42,116 bases of DNA from a virus (lineage: Duplodnaviria; Caudoviricetes). The notes beneath the pieces are model-generated. The model made no database searches. It was not told where the DNA came from and saw nothing but the letters and a program-made list of their open reading frames with translations. Position 1 is the stretch's first letter. Every line of letters begins with the position of its first letter. A program made the translations under genes and the position numbers. Location of the stretch: IMG/VR virus record IMGVR_UViG_3300033232_000031, positions 1 to 42,116 of that record; one strand, 5' to 3'. This document shows, piece by piece, positions 1 to 6,799 of this stretch.

Positions 1-25
1 GCCTCGCGGGAAGTTGTTGATGCTT

Positions 26-53
26 GCGTGAATTATCCCGTAATAATCCGCGC
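26..53. promoter_or_regulatory. 28-bp quasi-palindromic operator-like motif, copy 1
   Basis: gcgtgaattat-cccgt-aataatccgcgc; related copies at 3457, 5767 and 15942; lies just downstream of the promoter at 61-88. Confidence 0.5.
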
Positions 54-60
54 ATATGTA

Positions 61-88
61 TTTGACACATCCTCGCGCAAATAGTTCC
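61..88 (-). promoter_or_regulatory. ECF/sigmaE-type promoter P1
   Basis: Minus strand GGAACT-16 nt-GTCAAA, preceded by AT-rich aaaataaatttacattc shared with P2. Confidence 0.8.
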
Positions 89-151
89 ACAGGAATGTAA
101 ATTTATTTTCTAGCTGGAGGTAGCGCGCCCGGGTGGTCTTTGCATGGCTGC

Positions 152-400
152 TCATTCATCATACTCCTCTTGCTTCGCTTCCTCAATCAGCTCGTCTTCA
201 ATCCGCCACCTGTCTTCTTCCGTCATTTTGGCTTCGAGCCAAGCTGCCGGATAACCCTTGCGGTCGTAGACGTCGAACTCAATATCCCGCGCTCCGAAGT
301 ATTCGTCAGGGGTTTCTGCTTGCGGGGAGTAATTTCCCTTCGTGACAAATAGCGTCACGGCACGGACTTCGCAGGGAATGCCTGCAATCGTTGTCTTCAT
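152..400 (-). CDS. hypothetical phage protein (82 aa, acidic C-terminus)
   Basis: ORF with GGAGG RBS, co-oriented with the early genes. Confidence 0.8.
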   Translation of the reverse strand: MKTTIAGIPCEVRAVTLFVTKGNYSPQAETPDEYFGARDIEFDVYDRKGYPAAWLEAKMTEEDRWRIEDELIEEAKQEEYDE

Positions 401-575
401 AGGTTGAGCCTCCAGAGCCTCGGGGGAAGGAAACGTGTGGGAGAGGGACTGGAGCTAACCAGCACACCTCTCCAACAAGCCCCGTAGAAGGAGGCTCAAT
501 CACTTCTACGGTAAGGTGACAAGGCACCCTGCGGAAAGGAGCCGAAGCTCCTCTCGACAGGAAGTCCTGTCTGTC
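401..575 (-). other. structured intergenic RNA / cis-regulatory element
   Basis: Several hairpins including AGGAGC-UUCG-GCUCCU, plus a 10-nt anti-RBS complement (490-499 vs 404-413). Confidence 0.4.
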
Positions 576-1211
576 TTACATCAGAGCAAGCTCTGCGTCT
601 GCATCGACTTTGGCAGTCTTGGCAGTCTTTGCCGCCTCGAGTCGCGCGACGATCTCGCCGGTCTTGGTGCCCGCCACGCGGAAGCTGTCGTATAGGGCAC
701 GGCGAGTGAGGGCAGGGTCGGAGTCCAGTTTCTTCTGCAGGTAGGCTTTGACCGCAGCCAGGTCCTTGCCCGAGGCTTCGCAGATCGCCTGGACAACGAT
801 CGAAGCGCCGGAGACGCCACCGCCGCCCGAAGCGCGAGCTTTGCCCCACTTGCCTTCGGCGATCTGAGCTGCCAGATCATCAATCGCGATAACCATGTCT
901 TCTTCGCTAAGGGGCTTATCCGCTGTCGTGGCGAGTTCATCACCGAATTTTTGCTCCGCGCCGTGACCAGCGAACTGGGCCAGGAGGGACAACGGCAGCG
1001 CGATGGTGCGAGTTTCCCCGTTTCTGAAGTCCATGCGGATGCTGACCGCACCTGCGGCTAGCTGCATCACATTATTTTCCACAACGATCTTGGAATCGTC
1101 AATCAGAGTCTCCTTGGCAACTTTGCGCTTGCCCGGGAATGAGACCTTGCGGCCATCTGTCAGGGTAACCTCGGTGTACTCGGTTTTGCTCTTTGTTTCA
1201 ACTTCAGCCAT
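576..1211 (-). CDS. early phage protein (211 aa), paralogue of 4990..5385
   Basis: Long ORF with GGAG RBS; shares A-x-HG-xxx-[KR]-x-GD-xx-A and QAI-x-E motifs with 4990..5385. Confidence 0.85.
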   Translation of the reverse strand: MAEVETKSKTEYTEVTLTDGRKVSFPGKRKVAKETLIDDSKIVVENNVMQLAAGAVSIRMDFRNGETRTIALPLSLLAQFAGHGAEQKFGDELATTADKPLSEEDMVIAIDDLAAQIAEGKWGKARASGGGGVSGASIVVQAICEASGKDLAAVKAYLQKKLDSDPALTRRALYDSFRVAGTKTGEIVARLEAAKTAKTAKVDADAELALM

Positions 1212-1365
1212 TTCATTCTCCAGTTTAATGTTGCCCTTTGTATCGGCGGCAGCCTATTCCGTTTGTAGGAAAGCCTACAGGAGAGGGCGATGAATCCCTC
1301 TACTTTAGGTTTTTGCTTAGTGACGAGCCTTGATGGTGCTTGGGAGAATTCCCGCCGCATGTGTG

Positions 1366-1393
1366 TTTGACACGCGCTGGCGGGATTAGTTCC
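1366..1393 (-). promoter_or_regulatory. ECF/sigmaE-type promoter P2
   Basis: Minus strand GGAACT-16 nt-GTCAAA in an intergenic region, AT-rich upstream. Confidence 0.8.
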
Positions 1394-1411
1394 CAAGAAT
1401 GTAAATTTATT

Positions 1412-1600
1412 TTAACAGGATACGCCGTGGCTAGGAATGGACTTGTGGGCTTCTGCACCGAGGCGTGTAGGAACCCAAGCTGGGGGCTCCCAAACCGGGG
1501 CAGACCAGATGGAATGTGTAGTCTTTTGAACAAGGGGAAGGGGGACAGGCGCTTCTTCCTTTACGGGTGGAAGCTCGCCGGGAGTTTTATTGGAGTTCAT
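1412..1600 (-). CDS. hypothetical protein (62 aa)
   Basis: ATGA overlap with the upstream ORF, AAGGA RBS. Confidence 0.6.
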   Translation of the reverse strand: MNSNKTPGELPPVKEEAPVPLPLVQKTTHSIWSAPVWEPPAWVPTRLGAEAHKSIPSHGVSC

Positions 1601-1794
1601 TCTTGTTCCTTTGTTTCTTGGTTGATGAGGTCTGACAAGCGGTCGATTCGTGCTTGGTGGTATAGAGACATAGCCTCCGCGTATTCGCTGGCAGTGTCGG
1701 AGTTGAGCTTTGCTCGTTTTGCTTCGACAAGCTCTCTGGATGCGAGTTCAAGCGGAGTCAGGGGGAGAAAGAGGGAGCGAAACCAGTATATCAT
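1597..1794 (-). CDS. hypothetical protein (65 aa)
   Basis: Start MIYWFR after AAGGAG RBS; ATGA coupling on both sides. Confidence 0.7.
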   Translation of the reverse strand: MIYWFRSLFLPLTPLELASRELVEAKRAKLNSDTASEYAEAMSLYHQARIDRLSDLINQETKEQE

Positions 1795-2096
1795 GAGATC
1801 TCCTTGATGAGTTTGCATAAGATTACTTCGGCGTGGTTACAAGGAATGACAGCTAGAGGCTCGACTACAGCGGCTAAGAGAAGGGACTCTAACACCCCTT
1901 CGTTTTCAGAGTAATCTTTAATCAAGACCTGCCCTGGCTCGAGCGTAATCTCAGGTATGTTAACGGTCAACATAGCGATAGGCTCGCCTGTATCGCAGTC
2001 AACTGCCCGCAGAGCTGTACGCCCATTAGAGTAGTAATGGCGTTCAAGCGTCAGCGTAACTGCTGGCGCGTAACGCATATGGGAAGGGATATTCAT
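1791..2096 (-). CDS. hypothetical phage protein (101 aa, DUF4313-like)
   Basis: Motif IAMLTVNIP...VLIKDYSENEG typical of small phage early proteins; translationally coupled. Confidence 0.7.
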   Translation of the reverse strand: MNIPSHMRYAPAVTLTLERHYYSNGRTALRAVDCDTGEPIAMLTVNIPEITLEPGQVLIKDYSENEGVLESLLLAAVVEPLAVIPCNHAEVILCKLIKEIS

Positions 2097-2206
2097 ACCG
2101 CCTCGCATTCTGTGTCAGTGGTGCAGTTGCGAAACTGCTCTCGCGTGTACTCGCAACCGGCCGCGAAGGCTAGTACGAGTGCTGTGATGATGAGAAGTGT
2201 TTTCAT
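2093..2206 (-). CDS. small putative lipoprotein (37 aa), not in ORF track
   Basis: MKTLLIITALVLAFAAGC-EYTREQFRNCTTDTECEAV; AAGGA RBS; ATGA overlaps at both ends. Confidence 0.65.
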   Translation of the reverse strand: MKTLLIITALVLAFAAGCEYTREQFRNCTTDTECEAV

Positions 2207-2499
2207 GCGAGTTCCTTGATAAGTTTCAGGTCACGACGGGCCTCGGCATCCCAGTGCTCTGGGCTGTTGCATTCTGCAGCATAAGCGGCTTCCTCCTCCT
2301 CCTCCCCGCCCCCACAGAGCGCGACTACTTCGTAATAAGTCCCGAAGTCGTGTGGGAAGGCCATTACGCGAAAAGTCCCCTTGGGGAATTCTCGTTTAAG
2401 CTGCCTCTTGTAGATAAGACATTCTGCGTAGCTCTTGGGGTGGTTGACTGGGAAGCAATCTTCCTCCGTTGGCGTGCAGCCGATGCTGATATAGTTCAT
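2203..2499 (-). CDS. hypothetical phage protein (98 aa)
   Basis: AAGGA RBS, FPHDFGTYYEV motif, co-oriented. Confidence 0.75.
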   Translation of the reverse strand: MNYISIGCTPTEEDCFPVNHPKSYAECLIYKRQLKREFPKGTFRVMAFPHDFGTYYEVVALCGGGEEEEEAAYAAECNSPEHWDAEARRDLKLIKELA

Positions 2500-2554
2500 A
2501 TTATCCTTCTTTCAAGCTAGGGGCAAGGTCGGCGGCCCCTCATCGCCGTTATGA

Positions 2555-2857
2555 TTACTGATTATTAATCAGGTCCATCACCGTATGAGCGAACGTAATC
2601 GGCTCCGCCCATATCAGCACCTTGCCCAGTAAGCTCCCCGGATAAAATCCTCCTGCATCGGGAGTTGCCTCCGACAGAAATTCTTCATGCGTCAGCTGAT
2701 ACAACTGAGCGTCGTCATCAGGGCCTTGGATTTTCCACGCATATTCGCAGGTGCCGTAATTCCTGACCGTGATCGTGTACAGTTCATCTACCTGTATAAT
2801 TAATGTGTTTGCCGCGTCAGTTGCTGCGCCCGGTACTGTCAAATAAACAACTTTCAT
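2555..2857 (-). CDS. hypothetical protein (100 aa)
   Basis: Start MKVVYL after AAAGGA; the longer ORF-track start overlaps promoter P3. Confidence 0.7.
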   Translation of the reverse strand: MKVVYLTVPGAATDAANTLIIQVDELYTITVRNYGTCEYAWKIQGPDDDAQLYQLTHEEFLSEATPDAGGFYPGSLLGKVLIWAEPITFAHTVMDLINNQ

Positions 2858-2933
2858 ATCAATTCCTTTGGATATTGAACCTGCGGGATTTACTATCTTA
2901 CATAACCGTGCCCGCATAACGCGGTTATGGTAA

Positions 2934-2961
2934 TTAGACACGAGCTTGGACGATTGGTTCC
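2934..2961 (-). promoter_or_regulatory. ECF/sigmaE-type promoter P3
   Basis: Minus strand GGAACC-16 nt-GTCTAA; followed by hairpin cataaccg/cggttatg (2901-2929). Confidence 0.7.
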
Positions 2962-2987
2962 TAGCTCCGTGAAATAAATATTATCGC

Positions 2988-3311
2988 TCACGAATCCAGC
3001 ACAATCCTTCCACCCTCCGGCACGATTAGCTTCTTTGCAAAAGCCAGTTGCAAGTCCCTGTCGCATTGCGCCAGCAGTTCCTCACTCCATCCTTGCCCTT
3101 GACAGTATCGACTCGAGATCTCATTATACGCCCTGGCCAGCACCGTCACTGCCGCCAGCACCTCGCTTCGCTTCGTTGCTTGTCCTATCCTGACCAGCTC
3201 CTTCACCGCTTCGGAGCACAACCCCGCATCCAGCACGCAGGCAACCATCGCCCCTCCGTACTGCGTTACGACCGGAGCGAACTCCTTCGGGACTTGCCGA
3301 GGCGCGCTCAT
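2988..3311 (-). CDS. hypothetical protein (107 aa)
   Basis: Start MSAPRQ, ATGA-coupled to the upstream small ORF. Confidence 0.7.
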   Translation of the reverse strand: MSAPRQVPKEFAPVVTQYGGAMVACVLDAGLCSEAVKELVRIGQATKRSEVLAAVTVLARAYNEISSRYCQGQGWSEELLAQCDRDLQLAFAKKLIVPEGGRIVLDS

Positions 3312-3436
3312 GCCCCTGCTCCTATCGCGCATACCCCTCGCCAGAACTCTACGTATTCCAGCGTTTTAATAACCCCTGCCAGGGCTACGAGCGCCATCAG
3401 CGCCTTCATCAAATCCATCACTTCATCTTTGTCCAT
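3308..3436 (-). CDS. small hydrophobic protein (42 aa), not in ORF track
   Basis: MDKDEVMDLMKALMALVALAGVIKTLEYVEFWRGVCAIGAGA; AAGGA RBS. Confidence 0.55.
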   Translation of the reverse strand: MDKDEVMDLMKALMALVALAGVIKTLEYVEFWRGVCAIGAGA

Positions 3437-3456
3437 TATAGTTCCTTGGTTAGTTT

Positions 3457-3484
3457 ACGCGGATTATTCCGCCATAATCCCCTC
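3457..3484. promoter_or_regulatory. 28-bp quasi-palindromic operator-like motif, copy 2
   Basis: Reverse complement gaggggattat-ggcgg-aataatccgcgt; intergenic. Confidence 0.5.
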
Positions 3485-3495
3485 AATCATTCCCC

Positions 3496-4041
3496 CTAGG
3501 CCCCTGCCTTACCGCCCGCAAGCGTCTGCTCGAGCGTTCTGATACCCACCCCGCCTGTTTCATCCAGGCCTCCATCTCCATCATCCAGAGGCGAAGGCGG
3601 TATCACTCGCTTGGGCGTTGAGGGTCTTTCCGCCTCCTGCATCGGGGCCGGTTCTGTGTAAAGCCTCAATCGCTCCCGCGCCTCCGGCGTCAGTTGCTGT
3701 TCCGCCCAACTAGGCCCTTTCGCCGCCACCAGTTCTTTCACTCCCCCCTCCTCTTCAAGCTTTCTCTGCAACGCCAGCATCTTCTCCGCCGACGCCTCCA
3801 GCTCCCGTTGGCTTGCCTCCACTGGCCCTAGCCCTTGCCACACCTCTCCACGGACAATCCGCCCGATCTGCACCACGGACACCCCATAGTCCCTGCTGAG
3901 CTGCCCTTGCGTCACAGCTCCCTTCGAGTACAGTCGTCGAATCTCCTCTACCTTCGAAGCCGTCAACACGGCCCTGCGAATATTATTCCGCTGAAAAGGC
4001 CCATTTCCTAAACTTGGTGTTTCCATGTCAGTAATCTCCAT
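3496..4041 (-). CDS. HTH DNA-binding protein
   Basis: LTASKVEEIRRLY...TQGQLSRDYGVSVVQIGRIVRGEVW helix-turn-helix. Confidence 0.75.
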   Translation of the reverse strand: MEITDMETPSLGNGPFQRNNIRRAVLTASKVEEIRRLYSKGAVTQGQLSRDYGVSVVQIGRIVRGEVWQGLGPVEASQRELEASAEKMLALQRKLEEEGGVKELVAAKGPSWAEQQLTPEARERLRLYTEPAPMQEAERPSTPKRVIPPSPLDDGDGGLDETGGVGIRTLEQTLAGGKAGA

Positions 4042-4375
4042 GTGATTTTAAATAAGCCAGCAGATTTGCCAGCACCGTTCGATTGTCCTGAATCTTTCCC
4101 AGTAACCGATTACATTCTCCACACAGCAGCCCTCGTACGTCCTCCTCCTCGCACCTCCTATCTCCGACGTGCCTGTGGTCTACCTGCGGCTTCAGGCCAA
4201 ATTTTCCCATATCCTTAATTGTCGGATGTGCTAGCTCTTTTTCGCACCCTGCGCATTTCCCCCCTTGCCGTTCATACAGCACCTTCCACTTCTCATGATT
4301 CAGTTTATATGTTTTCCATATATCCTGCATCCAAGTCTTCGGTGCCCAGCCCCAAGGGACTAATTCCTGTGCCAT
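4028..4375 (-). CDS. recombination endonuclease VII-like (His-Me finger) nuclease
   Basis: QGGKCAGC...VDHRH...VRGLLCGECNRLLG signature; start MAQELV after GGAGG. Confidence 0.85.
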   Translation of the reverse strand: MAQELVPWGWAPKTWMQDIWKTYKLNHEKWKVLYERQGGKCAGCEKELAHPTIKDMGKFGLKPQVDHRHVGDRRCEEEDVRGLLCGECNRLLGKIQDNRTVLANLLAYLKSHGDY

Positions 4376-4721
4376 AATTCCTCCTTCGGCTAAACAACAA
4401 CAACACATGCAACACCGCGCCTCATCACAACACCTTCCGGGTTCTCTAAATCGAGAAGCCTCGTATTTGAATTATAGTTAAAAAAATATATAACTTAAAT
4501 AGAGCAAAGTCTTTTCAAATATCGAGAATCCGGTAGATTGTGTGATGGCTGTTGCATGTTGTGTTTGATACGTGTTGTTGTTGTTTGTTCCATGCATTTC
4601 ACGCATAACGTTAAAACCCCATATACGCCATTTTTTCCCGCGCCGCCACCATACCCCAACCCGCGCCATAAAAGCGCCAAAATGCCCGATTAGGGGCATT
4701 CATGGGGATTGTGGTATGCGG

Positions 4722-4922
4722 TTATATCCGTGCTAGATCTTGGACACGCACCCACTGTTCCTGAAAACCCTCGCTTTCACCCGGGTTTTCAATAGCCCAT
4801 TTTGTCACGCCAAGCTCCTCGCATAGGTCTGTCCACAATGCGACCGTTTCAGCTATTCCTATTTCTGCAACTGCCACGCGAATGACCAGCTGCTTCCCAA
4901 TTAAATCATATTCAGTTTTCAT
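4722..4922 (-). CDS. hypothetical protein (66 aa)
   Basis: ORF after AAAGG RBS, co-oriented. Confidence 0.55.
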   Translation of the reverse strand: MKTEYDLIGKQLVIRVAVAEIGIAETVALWTDLCEELGVTKWAIENPGESEGFQEQWVRVQDLARI

Positions 4923-4989
4923 TTTAAACCTTTCATAATCAAGCAACATGCTCGGCAGGTGCGTCTCATAACCGCACCTACCTAGCCCA

Positions 4990-5385
4990 TTACATCGCGG
5001 CCAATTCCGCCATCAACTTCTCGTTAAACCACGCTGCCGCCTCCTCATACGTGCAACCACGTTTTTCCGCGATTGCTTGAATGGCTGGATTAAATGCGGC
5101 CTTCCGTGGGCCTGTTACCCGCATATTCCAGTCATTATTTTCTACGTTCTCATAGAATGCCACCATTGCCGTCACCGCCTCGCGTCGCATTGCCTCGGTT
5201 ACAGTAAAATTGTTTTCCGCCGACTTGGCAATGGCTGCATTATCCCCAATCCGCGCCGCCATGCCGTGCAATGCCGCATAGGTAACATTCGCAGGGCTCA
5301 CCCTGTCCATGCTGAGCGTCACCGGCTCCAGCCCGTCAAACGTAAACGTGACGGATTGTGTGACTGTATTGATTGTTTTTTTCAT
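4990..5385 (-). CDS. early phage protein (131 aa), paralogue of 576..1211
   Basis: AGGAG RBS; directly downstream of tandem promoters P4/P5; AALHGMAARIGDNAA motif. Confidence 0.85.
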   Translation of the reverse strand: MKKTINTVTQSVTFTFDGLEPVTLSMDRVSPANVTYAALHGMAARIGDNAAIAKSAENNFTVTEAMRREAVTAMVAFYENVENNDWNMRVTGPRKAAFNPAIQAIAEKRGCTYEEAAAWFNEKLMAELAAM

Positions 5386-5434
5386 GATATAACTCCTAAG
5401 TTAATTAACACCAACCAAAATTAGCTGGTATGTA

Positions 5435-5462
5435 TTCGACACAACATAATCAGATTAGTTCT
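5435..5462 (-). promoter_or_regulatory. ECF/sigmaE-type promoter P4
   Basis: Minus strand AGAACT-16 nt-GTCGAA. Confidence 0.75.
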
Positions 5463-5513
5463 AATTATTTCATGTCCCGCATGGTGCGATGTGATCATCA
5501 GCCTCCATATGTA

Positions 5514-5541
5514 TTCGACACAATCCACGCGGGTTAGTTCC
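5514..5541 (-). promoter_or_regulatory. ECF/sigmaE-type promoter P5
   Basis: Minus strand GGAACT-16 nt-GTCGAA, 79 bp upstream of P4. Confidence 0.8.
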
Positions 5542-5620
5542 AATTATTTTCGCCGATCGTAAAACAAAATTGCTGCCTCGGTATGGCCTGCAACCGCCCA
5601 CCATTCGACTGTCGTATTTC

Positions 5621-5662
5621 CGCCACTGTTGTCCCGTCGCCACTGTTGCATACCCGCCACTG
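5621..5662. repeat. three CGCCACTG direct repeats, 17-bp period
   Basis: Copies at 5621, 5638 and 5655; CCCCCGGGGG palindrome at 5691-5700 nearby. Confidence 0.7.
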
Positions 5663-5766
5663 CAGTCCACGCGCCTGCCCCGAATTCAGGCCCCCGGGGG
5701 GCAAAAAAATCTTTGCGCATAAAATGAGAAATGAACTCTCTGAAAATTTATTTTTTGTGAAAATTC

Positions 5767-5794
5767 GAGGGAATTATGGCAGAATAACGTGCGC
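5767..5794. promoter_or_regulatory. 28-bp quasi-palindromic operator-like motif, copy 3
   Basis: gagggaattat-ggcag-aataacgtgcgc, between the divergent promoters P5 and P6. Confidence 0.45.
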
Positions 5795-5844
5795 AATCAT
5801 ACGCAGGGGTGCGAATTATTATCCCGCCCTCGAACGCGCGGAAG

Positions 5845-5872
5845 GGAACTTTGCCCGCAGCCCCGTGTCTAA
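5845..5872 (+). promoter_or_regulatory. ECF/sigmaE-type promoter P6 (morphogenesis operon)
   Basis: GGAACT-16 nt-GTCTAA, 62 bp upstream of the terS start. Confidence 0.75.
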
Positions 5873-5934
5873 TGTGGGATAGGGGTTTGATGCGCCTGGG
5901 ATTCCGGGCCGGGCCGCGCAAGGGGACTAGGATT

Positions 5935-6450
5935 ATGGACAAGGAAGTGGAAAGTTTTGGGGAGCTGCCCCAGTTTCGACCGCCGGCGGAGCGGGCTCCT
6001 ACGATGGGGGCTGTGGCGAAGGTGAATTATAGTCATACTGATATGATTGACTATATTATTGCGAATCCGGGGATTACGCAGAATCACCTGGCGGCAAGAT
6101 ATGGGTACTCAGTCGGCTGGGTCTCGAACGTGATGGCGAGTGATGCCTGGCAGAGCGCAATGGCGGCGCGGCGGAGTGAGATCTGTGACCCAGTACTGGT
6201 TGCGACGATTGAGGAAAGGTTTAAGGGCATTACCCTGTTGAGCCTGGAACGGTTGAAGCAGAAGCTGGAGGCTCCGCAGGTCTCAGACAATGTGGTGTTA
6301 AAGGCGGTGGAGTTGGGCGCGAAGGCAGTCGGGGTCGGCGGAAATGCTCCCCCGCCTCCGCAAGGAGATCATCTAGCCCAGCTAGCCAATCGGTTGATTG
6401 AGCTACAGTCGAAGGTTCGTAGTGCAAACATGGAGGTGATTGATGTCTAA
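5935..6450 (+). CDS. putative terminase small subunit (HTH)
   Basis: First gene of the late operon; HTH NPGITQNHLAARYGYSVGWVSNV; helical C-terminus. Confidence 0.6.
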   Translation: MDKEVESFGELPQFRPPAERAPTMGAVAKVNYSHTDMIDYIIANPGITQNHLAARYGYSVGWVSNVMASDAWQSAMAARRSEICDPVLVATIEERFKGITLLSLERLKQKLEAPQVSDNVVLKAVELGAKAVGVGGNAPPPPQGDHLAQLANRLIELQSKVRSANMEVIDV

Positions 6451-6595
6451 GCAAGTGAAGACGGGCGGCGGAAAGCAGAGCATCCCGACGAAGTTCGTGG
6501 AGCGCAAGCTGGTTCCGGTGAAAACCGCGGAAGCTTTTGTACCCACCCCCGCAGAACCTGTACGGATGCGTTACAAGATGGCAGGTGGTTGTTAA
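6443..6595 (+). CDS. small basic protein (50 aa)
   Basis: GGAGG RBS, overlaps the terS stop; MSKQVKTGGGKQ... Confidence 0.55.
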   Translation: MSKQVKTGGGKQSIPTKFVERKLVPVKTAEAFVPTPAEPVRMRYKMAGGC

Positions 6596-6723
6596 TGCCT
6601 CTCCCCCGCTCACGTGCGCCGTATAAGGCAGCAGGAAAGTCAAAAGGACGCTTTGCGTCTTTACCTGCTTCTCCTCGCGGTGTGCGGAAGTCGGCGCCTA
6701 TGACGCCAAGGAAAAAGAAATAA
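6595..6723 (+). CDS. small very basic protein (42 aa)
   Basis: TAATG coupling; MPLPRSRAPYKAAGK...PRKKK. Confidence 0.4.
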   Translation: MPLPRSRAPYKAAGKSKGRFASLPASPRGVRKSAPMTPRKKK

Positions 6724-6799
6724 TGTTCCCCACCTCCGCCTCCAGTGGTCGTGATTTGTCTCCTGTTCCGGTGCGAGTTGGGAGAGTGGGGAGCTTCTT

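Noticed and set aside
5623-5648. CCACTGTTG shared between the 5.6-kb repeats and the terminal array repeat
   Set aside because: A 9-bp match is expected by chance in 42 kb; no further similarity
5809-5934. N-terminal extension of terS in the ORF track
   Set aside because: Overlaps promoter P6; ATG at 5935 has a purine-rich RBS
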